Source of the DNA: Candidatus Omnitrophota bacterium
GTDB lineage: Bacteria > Omnitrophota > Omnitrophia > Omnitrophales > Aquincolibacteriaceae
Direction of reading: 5' to 3'
Assembly: GCA_016196545.1 (NCBI GenBank)
Contig: JACPXM010000020.1
Location: 138,626 to 202,625, forward strand
DNA length: 64,000 nt
Position numbers and translations under genes: made by a program. The first letter of the stretch is position 1. The number at the start of each line of letters is the position of its first letter. This document shows positions 10,438 to 20,773 of the stretch, piece by piece. A model generated the notes under the pieces. That model had not been told where the DNA came from. It ran no database searches and saw nothing but the letters and a program-made list of their open reading frames with translations.

Positions 10438-10794
10438 GTGCAAGGACGTCGAATCGACCGAGTCGGTCATCTCATTCAAATGGAGTTGGGGCGCATTCTC
10501 TTGATGCGCGGCAAAGACCCGCGCTTTGGGCTGATCACCGTGACCCATGTAAACGTCAGCCCAGATTTGAAGACGGCGCGGGTTTATTTTACGGCCTTGA
10601 GCGACAACCGCGAAAAAAAGGAAACCGCACAGGTTTTAAATCAAGCCTCCGGTTTTTTTCAACGCGAAATCGCTAATACCTTAAAACTCCGTTACACACC
10701 CAAACTGGAATTTGTTTTTGACGAATCCATTGATCGCGGTATCGAAATTGACCGCGTTTTGAGGAAGCTGGATGAAGAACGCCGAGAAAATTGA
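10438..10794 (+). CDS. rbfA: ribosome-binding factor A
   Basis: 118 aa with a GTG start. RVGHLIQMELGRIL and VTHVNVSPDLKTARVYF are typical of RbfA. Synteny supports the call. Confidence 0.9.
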   Translation: MQGRRIDRVGHLIQMELGRILLMRGKDPRFGLITVTHVNVSPDLKTARVYFTALSDNREKKETAQVLNQASGFFQREIANTLKLRYTPKLEFVFDESIDRGIEIDRVLRKLDEERREN

Positions 10795-11503
10795 GGGGAT
10801 TTTGCTTGTCGATAAACCCCAAGGTTGGACTTCCCACGATGTTTGCCATTTTGTCCGCAAACGGTTTCAAATTAAAAAGGTTGGCCACGCCGGAACGCTT
10901 GACCCGCTTGCAACCGGACTTTTGGTGCTGTTAATCGGCCAGGCCACGAAATCTTCCCAGCCGCTCAGCGCTTCCGACAAAACTTATCAAGGCGTGCTGG
11001 AGCTGGGCGTTGCCACGGATTCTCATGATCGTCAGGGCAAGGTGCTTCAAGAGGCCGCCTGGGAACATGTGACGCTTGAGGAGATTCGCGCCAAAGCGAA
11101 AAGCTTCACCGGATCGATTATTCAGGTCCCTCCGATGGTTTCGGCGCTTAAACGTCAAGGCCGGCGCCTTTATGAACTCTCGCGGCGCGGCATTACGGTT
11201 CCCCGGGAGGGCCGCCCGATTACGGTTTATGAATGGAGTTTTCAGAAAAAGGATGGAAAATTCGTGCATTTTTTCGCAAGCGTCTCCAAAGGAACTTATT
11301 TAAGAACACTGGTTCATGATTTGGGCGAATCGCTAGGTACGCTGGCGGCATTAGCCGAGCTAAGACGGCTTGCCTGCGGCAATTTTTCGCTTGAAGATGC
11401 TGTCACCGTAGACTCGCTTAAGGCCTTTTCGCTTGAAGAGCTCTCGAAGCACATCCTTCCGCTTTCCCGATTTTCATTCCATGCGGCTTCACCGACGGCC
11501 TGA
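10772..11503 (+). CDS. truB: tRNA pseudouridine-55 synthase TruB
   Basis: 243 aa with GILLVDKPQGWTSHD and the GHAGTLDPLATG catalytic Asp motif. It overlaps the rbfA end. Confidence 0.9.
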   Translation: MKNAEKIEGILLVDKPQGWTSHDVCHFVRKRFQIKKVGHAGTLDPLATGLLVLLIGQATKSSQPLSASDKTYQGVLELGVATDSHDRQGKVLQEAAWEHVTLEEIRAKAKSFTGSIIQVPPMVSALKRQGRRLYELSRRGITVPREGRPITVYEWSFQKKDGKFVHFFASVSKGTYLRTLVHDLGESLGTLAALAELRRLACGNFSLEDAVTVDSLKAFSLEELSKHILPLSRFSFHAASPTA

Positions 11504-12470
11504 AATTTCCCGTTCCGAGTCCGAAAGACCGCTTTTGCTGGGCTTGGGCAATTTTGACGGAGTCCATTTGGGGCATCAGGCACTTGTCAAACGGGTGATT
11601 GCTTCGGCACGAGGGCTGAAGGGGCTCCCCGCGCTATTTACCTTTCCCGAGCATCCCCAGAAAATTCTAAAACCTGGTTTTTTGCCTTCGCTTGTCACGG
11701 GGCTGGATCAAAAATTATTTCTCCTTGAACAGATGGGGATTACGGATGTGTTCCTCATCGCCTTCACGAAGGCATTCTCCGAAATTTCTGCGAAGGATTT
11801 CATACGCCAATGGCTCGTGGAAAAGCTCAACGTGCAAACGGTTTTTATGGGTGCCCGCGCCCGATTTGGTTATCAAAGGATGGGGGATGCAAAGTTCATG
11901 GAGGCCGAATCCCATCGGCTGGGATTTTCTTTCGAAAAAATTGAGCCCATTAGGATTAGGGGAAAAGAAGTTTCAAGTTCGCGCATTCGGGAATTTCTCA
12001 AAAAAGGAAAACTTCGGGCTGTGGAAGAATATTTAGGACGCAGTTACAGTGTTTTTGGTTCTGTGGTCAAAGGCAGCGGTCGAGGTCGTGATTTGGGTTT
12101 TCCGACGGCCAATCTGGATACCGGAGATTGTCTTTTGCCGCCCGAGGGCGTTTATCCGGTACGCGTGCGCGCCCTTAAGATAAAACGCAAAATGATTTCA
12201 GAGGGTTTGGAGGATTTTTCGGCAGAGCCTCAGGGGGCATGGAAGGAAGGCGTTTTAAATTTCGGCAAGCGGCCGACATTCGAAAAGGCAAAACGGTCTG
12301 TGGCAGAAGTCTTCCTCTTGAATTGGCAGGGAGATCTGTACGGACAAACTCTAGAAATTGTGTTTTATCCTCAAATCAGGGAGGAAAAAGCCTTTTTGAA
12401 TCAAGAAACGCTTATAAGACAGATTGAGCAAGATATTGAACAGGCACGGGATTATTTTCGGATCGCTTAG
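11481..12470 (+). CDS. ribF: bifunctional riboflavin kinase / FMN adenylyltransferase
   Basis: GNFDGVHLGHQALV (nucleotidyltransferase) and a C-terminal riboflavin kinase region (GFPTANL). I chose the internal Met at 11481. The track ORF starts at 11433, inside truB. Confidence 0.85.
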   Translation: MRLHRRPEISRSESERPLLLGLGNFDGVHLGHQALVKRVIASARGLKGLPALFTFPEHPQKILKPGFLPSLVTGLDQKLFLLEQMGITDVFLIAFTKAFSEISAKDFIRQWLVEKLNVQTVFMGARARFGYQRMGDAKFMEAESHRLGFSFEKIEPIRIRGKEVSSSRIREFLKKGKLRAVEEYLGRSYSVFGSVVKGSGRGRDLGFPTANLDTGDCLLPPEGVYPVRVRALKIKRKMISEGLEDFSAEPQGAWKEGVLNFGKRPTFEKAKRSVAEVFLLNWQGDLYGQTLEIVFYPQIREEKAFLNQETLIRQIEQDIEQARDYFRIA

Positions 12471-12492
12471 ATTCTTTTTCAAGCCGAGCGCT

Positions 12493-12549
12493 CTTACCTC
12501 CTACATACCCGGTGTGTAAATGCGTTTCACACCGGGTGTGGGGAGGTAG
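12493..12549. repeat. family-A palindromic repeat, full hairpin
   Basis: The arms are CTTACCTCCTACATACCCGGTGTG and CACACCGGGTGTGGGGAGGTAG around the loop TAAATGCGTTT. It lies just after ribF. Confidence 0.8.
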
Positions 12550-12602
12550 CCGGGAGAGTGACAATCGCATGAACTGGTAGGTAACCTTGGGAAAAGTTGT
12601 GC

Positions 12603-12632
12603 TTTACAAAGTGCGGGTGCTTCGAGTATACT
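12603..12632 (+). promoter_or_regulatory. possible rpsO promoter (TTTACA-18 nt-TATACT)
   Basis: The hexamers were read directly, about 55 nt upstream of the rpsO ATG. The spacer is slightly long. Confidence 0.35.
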
Positions 12633-12686
12633 GTCGCGACTTAAATGACGTAAATATGAAGAGGATAAGGAGTTAGAATAAAATCT

Positions 12687-12956
12687 ATGGCCCTTGTGAA
12701 AGAAAAGAAGAGGAAAGTTATTTCGGATTTTAAAAGGGAAAAAACGGATACCGGTTCTGCCGAAGTCCAGGTGGCCCTTTTAACCACGCGCATCAACCAG
12801 CTTTCCGAACATTTTAAGAAAAATGTCAAAGACCATCACTCCCGCTACGGGTTGATTAAGATGGTGGGAAAGCGGAAAAGGCTTCTCAGCTATTTGGGTG
12901 ACCGTGCGCCGGAGCGTTATAAGAGTTTAATTACTCGCCTTGATCTCAGAAAATAA
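12687..12956 (+). CDS. rpsO: 30S ribosomal protein S15
   Basis: 89 aa with [27 protein letters not shown]-like sequence, upstream of pnp. Confidence 0.95.
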   Translation: MALVKEKKRKVISDFKREKTDTGSAEVQVALLTTRINQLSEHFKKNVKDHHSRYGLIKMVGKRKRLLSYLGDRAPERYKSLITRLDLRK

Positions 12957-13006
12957 ATTCTGCCGAAAAACCTTCCCTTTCGCAGGACTCAAAGGAAAAT
13001 AAAACT

Positions 13007-15187
13007 ATGACAATGCAAACGGTAAAACGCAATATTGAAGGACAAGAGTATATTTTAGAAACCGGCCGCATGGCCAAGCAGGCCCACGGCGCGGTGACGC
13101 TGCAATGCGGCGGTACTGTGATTCTCGCGGCGGTGGTCTCAGACCGGGAAGCGGAAAGCGATCAGGATTTTTTCCCTCTCACCGTGGATTACCGAGAACG
13201 CACTTACGCGGCGGGGAAAATTCCCGGCGGTTATTTTAAACGTGAAGGCCGCCCCACCGAAAAAGAAATTCTCACCTCCCGTCTGATTGACCGTCCGATT
13301 CGCCCCATGTTTCCCGAAAATTTTCTTTGCGACACCCAAATCTCGGTTACTGTCCTTTCCGTGGACAGCGAAAATGCAACGGATATCCTTTCCATGAATG
13401 CTGCTTCGTCCGCTCTTTTAATTTCGGATATTCCCTTTGAGAACCCCCTCGGCGCGGTTCGCGTGGGGCTTTTGGACGGAAACTTTGTGCTGAATCCCTC
13501 TCTTGCTGACGTTGAGAAAAGCGATTTGGATCTTGTATTAGCGGGGTCCGAGGAAAAAATCGCGATGATTGAAGCTGGGGCGAATGAACTGACGGAAGAA
13601 AAAATACTTGAGGCCATACGTTTTGGGCATGAAGGCATCCGCCAAATGATCGCCCTTCAACGTGAACTTCAAAGAAAAGCGGGGAAAAAGAAGCGGAAGG
13701 TCGAATCCACGCCGCTTTCCGAGGAAGCGATGAAGAAGATGAAAGCGGCCGTCGAAGGACAGTTTGAAAAAGTATTTGAGCTCGATTCTAAGGAGGAAAG
13801 GGAAGAATTTGGCCGCGAGCTTTATAAAAAGGCAATCGAACAATTTGATAAGACCGCGGCGGATTACAATGAGCCCAAGCTAAAAATGTATTTTGACAAA
13901 TTAGAAAAAGATGCGCTTCGAAAACTCATTTTGGAGTGGAAAAAAAGGCCTGACAAACGCGGTTTTCAGGACATCCGGCCCATAATCTGCGAAGTCAGCG
14001 TCCTGCCCCGCACGCACGGCTCTGCGCTCTTTACGCGCGGCCAGACTCAAAGCCTTTGCGTTACAACGCTCGGAACGGGGGATGACGAACAAATGATTGA
14101 CGCCCTTGAAGGCGAGCGCACCAAGACTTTCATGTTGCATTACAATTTTCCCCATTTTAGCGTCGGTGAAACAGGCCCGAATCGCGGCCCCGGACGCCGG
14201 GAAATCGGCCACGGTGCACTTGCCGAACGTGCTCTCAAATCCGTCATGCCGACCGGCGAAGATTTTCCTTATACCGTGCGGCTTGTCTCCGACATTTTGG
14301 AATCCAACGGCTCCAGCTCCATGGCCTCGGTTTGCGGTGGGACGCTTGCCTTGATGGACGCCGGCGTGCCCCTCAAGGCCCCCGTAGCAGGTATCGCGCT
14401 CGGACTGTTAACCGCCGGGGATAAATGGCAGGTAATGACCGACATCGCAGGTATTGAAGATCATCATGGCGATATGGATTTTAAGGCTGCCGGGACCCGC
14501 AAAGGGCTCACGGCAATTCAAATGGACCTTAAAATTGACGGTGTTTCCGAAGCCATTTTAAAAGAGTCTTTTCATCAGGCAAAAGCGGCCCGGTTTAAAA
14601 TTCTGGATTTGATCGCAAAGGCCATTGAGGCTCCCCGCGCGACTCTTTCCAATTATGCACCCCGCATTACAACCCTTAAGATTAATCCGGAAAAAATCGG
14701 CGAACTCATCGGCCCCGGTGGAAAAAATATACGCAAAATCGTGGAAGAAACCGGTGCCAAAATCGATATTGAAGATGACGGTCGCGTTTTCATTGCCTCG
14801 GTGGATGCCAAGGCCGCTGAGGCCGCCATTGCGCGGGTCCAGGCGGTAGCCGAAGAACCTGAATTGGGAAAAATTTATCAGGGCAAAGTCCGCAAGCTTA
14901 TGGCTTTCGGAGCCTTCTGCGAAATTATTCCCGGTAAAGATGGACTGGTTCACGTCTCCGAAGTCGCGGATGGATTTGTGAAAAATGTCGCGGACTATTT
15001 GAAAGTCGGAGACATTGTTCCCGTTAAGGTTATGGCCATTGATCCGGAAACGGGAAAGGTGAGTTTAAGTATCAAAGAAGCAAAGCCAGGCGGCATGACT
15101 ATGCTTCCTGCGGATGTGGAACGTGATGTCGTCTCCGAACCTTCAAGTCGGGGAAGGGATCGCGGCGGTTCCCGCTCACGCCGGTAG
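13007..15187 (+). CDS. pnp: polyribonucleotide nucleotidyltransferase (PNPase)
   Basis: 726 aa with two RNase PH domains, KH (GPGGKNIRKI) and S1 (GKVRKLMAFGAFCEI), plus an RG-rich tail. Confidence 0.95.
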   Translation: MTMQTVKRNIEGQEYILETGRMAKQAHGAVTLQCGGTVILAAVVSDREAESDQDFFPLTVDYRERTYAAGKIPGGYFKREGRPTEKEILTSRLIDRPIRPMFPENFLCDTQISVTVLSVDSENATDILSMNAASSALLISDIPFENPLGAVRVGLLDGNFVLNPSLADVEKSDLDLVLAGSEEKIAMIEAGANELTEEKILEAIRFGHEGIRQMIALQRELQRKAGKKKRKVESTPLSEEAMKKMKAAVEGQFEKVFELDSKEEREEFGRELYKKAIEQFDKTAADYNEPKLKMYFDKLEKDALRKLILEWKKRPDKRGFQDIRPIICEVSVLPRTHGSALFTRGQTQSLCVTTLGTGDDEQMIDALEGERTKTFMLHYNFPHFSVGETGPNRGPGRREIGHGALAERALKSVMPTGEDFPYTVRLVSDILESNGSSSMASVCGGTLALMDAGVPLKAPVAGIALGLLTAGDKWQVMTDIAGIEDHHGDMDFKAAGTRKGLTAIQMDLKIDGVSEAILKESFHQAKAARFKILDLIAKAIEAPRATLSNYAPRITTLKINPEKIGELIGPGGKNIRKIVEETGAKIDIEDDGRVFIASVDAKAAEAAIARVQAVAEEPELGKIYQGKVRKLMAFGAFCEIIPGKDGLVHVSEVADGFVKNVADYLKVGDIVPVKVMAIDPETGKVSLSIKEAKPGGMTMLPADVERDVVSEPSSRGRDRGGSRSRR

Positions 15188-15193
15188 CCGTTC

Positions 15194-15643
15194 ATGGAAA
15201 TTGAACTTCATATCCAAACGCTTCCGGATTTTGAAGGCTTAACGCTTCCCGAATATCAAACCCACGGCTCAAGCGGCCTTGATCTTTTGGCCGCCTGCCA
15301 ATCGCCCCTAACCCTTGCTCCCGGCCAAAGAACGCTTGTGCCCACCGGTATTTCCATTGCCCTTCCTCAGGGTTTCGAGGCCCAAATTCGCCCTCGGAGC
15401 GGGCTTGCGTTAAGGCACGGCATCACACTCCTCAATACCCCGGGGACCATCGATTCGGATTATCGGGGTGAAATCAAAGTGATTATCATCAATCTTGGAG
15501 AAGCCCCCTTTGAGATCACGCGCGGGATGCGTATCGCACAAATGGTGATTTCCGAAACGGTCAAGGCGCGCATCACTTTAGTCGATAACCTAAAGCCCAC
15601 CCTCCGTGGTGCGGGGGGCTTCGGGCATACCGGAACACATTAG
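15194..15643 (+). CDS. dut: dUTP diphosphatase
   Basis: 149 aa with [24 protein letters not shown] and a C-terminal [10 protein letters not shown] motif. Confidence 0.9.
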   Translation: MEIELHIQTLPDFEGLTLPEYQTHGSSGLDLLAACQSPLTLAPGQRTLVPTGISIALPQGFEAQIRPRSGLALRHGITLLNTPGTIDSDYRGEIKVIIINLGEAPFEITRGMRIAQMVISETVKARITLVDNLKPTLRGAGGFGHTGTH

Positions 15644-15648
15644 TTGGG

Positions 15649-15738
15649 TATAGGGTATATAAGGTATCGAGTATAGGCTGTGGGATAAGGCCGCTCCATT
15701 ACACCCTATAACCTGAACCCGATACCTTACACCCTATA
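15649..15738. repeat. segmented ~90-nt inverted repeat between dut and ftsK
   Basis: Three block pairs occur in mirror order: TATAGGGT(15649)/ACCCTATA(15731), AAGGTATCG(15661)/CGATACCTT(15720) and TATAGG(15672)/CCCTATA(15704). Confidence 0.6.
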
Positions 15739-15747
15739 ACTGAATTT

Positions 15748-18153
15748 ATGCGCAAAGAGCGAATTAACGAAATTTGGGCTGTTTTTTTTCTCCTTGTTGG
15801 CCTTTACACACTGGCCAGCCTAGCATTTTTTAAATCCGAAGACCTTCCCTTTTACACCTCCCATCCGAATATTCCGGTTCAAAATTACACCGGCATTATT
15901 GGCGCTTACCTTTCCTTTGGAATGTTGATCACCTTCGGCGCAAGCGCCTATTTGATCCCCGTCCTTTTTCTTTTATGGTCCGTCTGTTTTTTTTCTCAAA
16001 AAGTTCCGGAAAAAAAATTATTTAAGATTCTTGGACTTGGGATTGCGCTGGCCTCCACTTCAACGCTTGTGGCCATCTCATTTACGGATGACGCGCGTTT
16101 CGAACGGGGAGGGGCCATCGGTTATCTCGCGGCCACCCATTTGGTGAAATATTTTGGCGTCATGGGAAGCTGTATTCTGGCCTTGTCTTGTCTTTTACTT
16201 TCTTTGCTTCTGGCCACCGATTTTTTGATTTATCCTCTCCTAAAATCCCTTTTGAAGAAAATAAAGGGAACGGGGGAGCTTTTTTCCGATGTTTTGGAAA
16301 AAATAAGGTGCGCGTTTTCGGTTTTAGCCGGATTCTTCATTAAGGATAAAATTGCTGTCAAAACTCAAAAGATTTCTGCCTTCAAGTCAAAATCCCCGGA
16401 AGCAGTACGGGCAGGTGCCCTTCGCGATCTTCCGATTAAAGTGAAACAATATCGTCCGGATCTTCCTGAAAATGATAAATTTCAGTCGGAAGCCCTGAAA
16501 AAGGAAGTGCTTGATTCGATTCCTAAAGAAGCAAAGGAAAAACTAAATGTAGGGGTGACCCTAGGGGTTGCGCGTGAATCCGGGCGGGCACAAGGCCCGC
16601 CCCTGCATCAACCCGAGGTTATTCGCGCGAAAGCTGAGGAAGAATCCGCCCATTTTGAAGGCGTCATCGGGTCTGCTGCAACCGGTTTGAATTATCAGTT
16701 TCCTCCCCTTGATTTATTAAGACGGCCGGATAAAAGCGTGTCCTTTAAAGGTGATAATCTCCAGGAGAATTCGAGAATTCTTGAGAGTACGCTTGCGGAA
16801 TTCGGAATTGAAGTAAAGGTGATCGAAGTCGAGCAAGGCCCGGTGATTACCCGCTATGAACTTTTGCCCGCGCCCGGCGTGAAAGTAAATTCTATTGCGG
16901 CCCTCTCGGATGATATTGCCCTGGCGATGAAAGCAATGAGTGTCCGTTTGATTATTCCCATTCCCGGAAAATCCGCGGTGGGTGTAGAAGTTCCAAATTC
17001 CGTTTCCAGCGCGGTTAATCTCCGGGAGCTGGTCGACACATCTCTTTTTCGCTCCAAAAAATTTGCGCTGCCGCTTGCCCTGGGCAAAGACACCAGCGGA
17101 AAACCGCTTATTGCCGATTTGACCTCTATGCCCCACATTATTATTGCGGGCACCACGGGCAGCGGAAAAACAGTGTGTGTCAATTCCATTATTACGGGAC
17201 TTCTTTACAACTGCTCACCCGAAGATTTAAAGCTTGTCATGGTGGACCCAAAGATGGTGGAACTTGCGGTTTACAATAAAATTCCGCATATGCTCTCTCC
17301 CGTAGTGACCGATGTGAAAAAAGCGGCGCATACGCTGAACTGGGTTGTTACGGAAATGGAAAACCGCTACAAGCTTCTTGCGACGGTGGGTGTTCGCAAT
17401 ATTCAGGCCTTTAATTCTCGACCGCTGGCGCCTGAAGATGCGGCTCAAATTGCAAATACAGTCTCTGAAAATGTGATTCCGATCAAGCTTCCTTATATTA
17501 TTGTGATTATTGATGAACTCGCGGATCTCATGATGGTGGCTCAAGACAAAGTAGAAGGGGCCATCACGCGTCTCGCCCAGCTTTCCCGCGCCGTGGGAAT
17601 TCATTTGATTCTGGCTACGCAGCGGCCCTCCGTGGACGTCATTACCGGAGTGATTAAAGCGAATTTTCCCGCGAGGATTTCATTCAAAGTGGCGGCTAAA
17701 GTGGATTCCCGTACGGTGCTGGATACTTCCGGGGCCGACAAACTCATCGGCAAAGGCGATATGCTCTTTTTGCAGCCCGGGGATTCCAAACCCACGCGCG
17801 GCCAGGCGGCTTTTGTCACGGATGCTGAAATCAACGCGGTGGTAAAATTTGTTTCCGAACAGGCAAGGCCGGAATATCACCCGGAGATTCAAAGCGCACA
17901 GGAAGGCAAAGGCGCTGGCGGGGTGCTGGAAAAAGATGAACTTTTTGATGAGGCTGTGGCTGTGGTTTTGGAAACAGGCCAGGCCTCGACTTCGAATCTG
18001 CAGCGACGACTCCGCTTGGGCTACACGCGCGCCGCGCGCATTATTGATCAAATGGAAGCCGCCGGAATTATCGGTCCTCAACAGGGCGCCAAGCCGCGCG
18101 ACATTTTAATTGATCGCGCCTCCTCCGAAGAACCCCTTGCCAAAGCCGAGTAA
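15748..18153 (+). CDS. ftsK: DNA translocase FtsK
   Basis: 801 aa with N-terminal TM helices, a linker, the FtsK/SpoIIIE ATPase (GTTGSGKTVCVN, IVIIDELADL) and a C-terminal gamma wHTH. Confidence 0.9.
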   Translation: MRKERINEIWAVFFLLVGLYTLASLAFFKSEDLPFYTSHPNIPVQNYTGIIGAYLSFGMLITFGASAYLIPVLFLLWSVCFFSQKVPEKKLFKILGLGIALASTSTLVAISFTDDARFERGGAIGYLAATHLVKYFGVMGSCILALSCLLLSLLLATDFLIYPLLKSLLKKIKGTGELFSDVLEKIRCAFSVLAGFFIKDKIAVKTQKISAFKSKSPEAVRAGALRDLPIKVKQYRPDLPENDKFQSEALKKEVLDSIPKEAKEKLNVGVTLGVARESGRAQGPPLHQPEVIRAKAEEESAHFEGVIGSAATGLNYQFPPLDLLRRPDKSVSFKGDNLQENSRILESTLAEFGIEVKVIEVEQGPVITRYELLPAPGVKVNSIAALSDDIALAMKAMSVRLIIPIPGKSAVGVEVPNSVSSAVNLRELVDTSLFRSKKFALPLALGKDTSGKPLIADLTSMPHIIIAGTTGSGKTVCVNSIITGLLYNCSPEDLKLVMVDPKMVELAVYNKIPHMLSPVVTDVKKAAHTLNWVVTEMENRYKLLATVGVRNIQAFNSRPLAPEDAAQIANTVSENVIPIKLPYIIVIIDELADLMMVAQDKVEGAITRLAQLSRAVGIHLILATQRPSVDVITGVIKANFPARISFKVAAKVDSRTVLDTSGADKLIGKGDMLFLQPGDSKPTRGQAAFVTDAEINAVVKFVSEQARPEYHPEIQSAQEGKGAGGVLEKDELFDEAVAVVLETGQASTSNLQRRLRLGYTRAARIIDQMEAAGIIGPQQGAKPRDILIDRASSEEPLAKAE

Positions 18154-18164
18154 TTCTCTAAACC

Positions 18165-18668
18165 TCATCCGATTTGGAGAAAGTATTTCGGAGAAATGAA
18201 AAGCTTAAGCGTGGCACAGGGGCCCAAGCGTAATTCCTCATCTACTTTAAGGACGATAAGCCCCGCTTTTTTTAAATCGATATTTGCGATAGGCTTTCCG
18301 GAGATTAAAACCGAGGCCAAATTACTTAAATAGGGCTCGTGGCCCACGATTAGAATATTCTCTCGTTTTTGATATCGTGTTTTCAATTCCTTCATAAGCG
18401 CTCCCGCCGATCCTCCACAGGCTAAATGTTCGGAAAATTCCAGGGGCGATTTTTTGTACATTTCTGCGGCTATCTCTGCGGTTTGTTTGGCCCTGACAAA
18501 GGGACTTGAAAGGATGAGGTCGATTTTAAATTCTAAATCCCGCATTTTTTGGGCGACTTTTCGTACTTCCTTTTTGCCTTTCTCGGTCAGCGGGCGCTTG
18601 GAATCCTCGGGAAAATAGAGGGGGTTCTGATTTTCCGCAATCCCATGTCTCAAAAGAAATAACTTCAT
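18165..18668 (-). CDS. sixA: phosphohistidine phosphatase SixA-like (histidine phosphatase superfamily)
   Basis: 167 aa with an N-terminal LLRHG motif and a later GHEP motif. There is a 4-nt start/stop overlap with ppk. Confidence 0.75.
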   Translation of the reverse strand: MKLFLLRHGIAENQNPLYFPEDSKRPLTEKGKKEVRKVAQKMRDLEFKIDLILSSPFVRAKQTAEIAAEMYKKSPLEFSEHLACGGSAGALMKELKTRYQKRENILIVGHEPYLSNLASVLISGKPIANIDLKKAGLIVLKVDEELRLGPCATLKLFISPKYFLQIG

Positions 18669-20755
18669 TTTTTTGTCTCGGAAATTAATTCCGGGGGAGA
18701 TTGAATCATCACCTTTGGTTTTTGAGGCCGAATTTCTTTGGGCGGAATTTTTTTCAAAAGTTCATCTCTTTCCAAGGTCTTTTTGCAGAAAAATTCCTGA
18801 GCTCGAAATTTTTTCTCCGAACCTGTTGCATTTTTGACGTAGGTTCCATCGGGGTTGAGTCGCCATCCTTTTACATTATCTTTGAAATAGCATTTTAGGA
18901 TTTCAATAAGCTCCTTGCGGATTTCCTTATCCTCCAAAGGCAACATAAGCTCGATACGCCGGTCGAAATTTCGGGGCATCCAGTCTGCGCTGGACAAATA
19001 GAGTTCCGAGTCACCGCCGTTTTCAAAATAAAACAAGCGTCCATGCTCTAAAAACATATCGACAACGCTGATGACTTCAATGTTCTCACTGAGGCCGGGA
19101 ACCCCCGGACGCAAACAGCAGACGCCGCGTACATTGAGTTTGATTTGAACTCCCGCCTTTGAAGCCTCATAAAGGGCTTTGATGATCTCAGGATCTACTA
19201 AGGAATTGATTTTACCCATAATCAATCCCGGATGCTGTTTTGAACTTCTCATAATTTCACGCAAAATAAGTCTTTCCAGGCGACGCCTTAAACCAAACGG
19301 GGCGACGTCGATTTTATTCCAAAAAGAAGGGCGGGAAAAACCCGTTACCATGTTAAAGAAAGCAGAGATATCAGCGGTCAGCTTTTCATCGCTCGAGAAA
19401 AGTCCTACATCGGAATAAAGGAGGGCCGTTTTTTCATTGTAATTTCCGGTGGAAAGATGAACGTAACGCTTGATTCCCTCCGGTTCCCGGCGCACGACGA
19501 GGCAAGCCTTGGCGTGGGTTTTAAATCCCGCGGCTCCATAAAGAACGCTGGCGCCGGCATCTTCCAGGCGTTGGGCCCACTTGATATTTTTTTCCTCATC
19601 GAATCGGGCCTTGAGTTCCACTAAAACAGTGACCTGTTTGCCTGCCCCTGTGGCCGTTTCTAGAGATTGAATGAGTCGTGAATCCGCGCCTGCCCGGTAA
19701 AGTGTTTGCTTGATGGCGAGGACATCGGGATCAAGCGCGGCCTCCGCAAGGAAATGATTTACAGGCTCAAAAGAATCGTAAGGATGAAAAAGATAAATAT
19801 CTTTTTCCTTTAAAAGTAGCCAAAGGTCATCGGCCATCTCAAATTCAGGTTTGGACCGAGGAATCCAGGCCGGTCGTTTTAATTCCTCAAAAAGGAGGAG
19901 GGATTGAAAGGAAAGTTGAGCTATCGATTTTAAATCCAGCCAGGACTGCGTTCTAAAAGTCTCGCGATTTCCAACTCCAAGTTTGCGCTGAATATAAATA
20001 AGAAGGGGCTCAGAAATAACGGCTTCCAGTCGAACCACGGTATTTTTTCGCCGCTCCCTGAGCGCCTCCGCCATGACTTTGGCAAAATCTTCGTCTTTTT
20101 CCTCATCCAACGTCATTTCTGCGGCCCGTGTGAGCCGAATCCAGCCGATATCGATAATGTTAAAACCCTCAAACAAGTCTTTCGAAAAAAGGGAAATCAA
20201 ATCTTCTAAAAGGATGAATTTAACTTCCTTTTCAGAAGGCAGAAAGATTAAACGGGGGAAATTCTTGGGCATTTCAACGACGGCGTAGTGAGTCTTTTCG
20301 GGGTCCTGAATCTCCTGAAGGTGGAGTAAGGTATAAAGGCTAAGATTTCCGAGTGCCGGGATTTCCTTATTTTCATGAATGGCAATGGGTGTCAGGATTG
20401 GAAATATTTCTTTTTGAAAAAGGTTTTTGACATATTCAAGGTGTTGGGGTAGGAGCGAGGGCGGTCTGACGCGGGTGATTCCAGCCGATTCCATTTGCGG
20501 GACTAAGCGTTCAAGAAAGTGTTTATTTTGCTCATGCATGAGGGAAAAGGCTGCCTCATAAATTTTTTCTGCGAGAGGGGAATTTTCCATCACAAGACTT
20601 GCAATGCGGACCATAAAAAACTCGTCGAAATTGGAGCTGACAATCCCGAGAAATTTTAACCTCTCAAGCAGGAGGTTAGATTCGTCTGTGGCTTCCGCGA
20701 AAACGCGCCGGTTGAATTCAATCCATGAAGATTCGCGGGAAAGGAACGGTTCCAT
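18665..20755 (-). CDS. ppk: polyphosphate kinase 1
   Basis: 696 aa with the PPK1 N-terminus (WIEFNRRVFAEA, FLGIVSSNFDEFFMVR) and two PLD-like C-terminal domains. Confidence 0.9.
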   Translation of the reverse strand: MEPFLSRESSWIEFNRRVFAEATDESNLLLERLKFLGIVSSNFDEFFMVRIASLVMENSPLAEKIYEAAFSLMHEQNKHFLERLVPQMESAGITRVRPPSLLPQHLEYVKNLFQKEIFPILTPIAIHENKEIPALGNLSLYTLLHLQEIQDPEKTHYAVVEMPKNFPRLIFLPSEKEVKFILLEDLISLFSKDLFEGFNIIDIGWIRLTRAAEMTLDEEKDEDFAKVMAEALRERRKNTVVRLEAVISEPLLIYIQRKLGVGNRETFRTQSWLDLKSIAQLSFQSLLLFEELKRPAWIPRSKPEFEMADDLWLLLKEKDIYLFHPYDSFEPVNHFLAEAALDPDVLAIKQTLYRAGADSRLIQSLETATGAGKQVTVLVELKARFDEEKNIKWAQRLEDAGASVLYGAAGFKTHAKACLVVRREPEGIKRYVHLSTGNYNEKTALLYSDVGLFSSDEKLTADISAFFNMVTGFSRPSFWNKIDVAPFGLRRRLERLILREIMRSSKQHPGLIMGKINSLVDPEIIKALYEASKAGVQIKLNVRGVCCLRPGVPGLSENIEVISVVDMFLEHGRLFYFENGGDSELYLSSADWMPRNFDRRIELMLPLEDKEIRKELIEILKCYFKDNVKGWRLNPDGTYVKNATGSEKKFRAQEFFCKKTLERDELLKKIPPKEIRPQKPKVMIQSPPELISETKK

Positions 20756-20773
20756 AAATTCGAGTGAAAGAAA

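Noticed and set aside
6840-12969. A shared ATTCTGCCGA 10-mer immediately after the stop codons at 6840 and 12957.
   Set aside because: Exact 10-mer coincidences are expected many times in 64 kb, and the similarity does not extend beyond the 10-mer.
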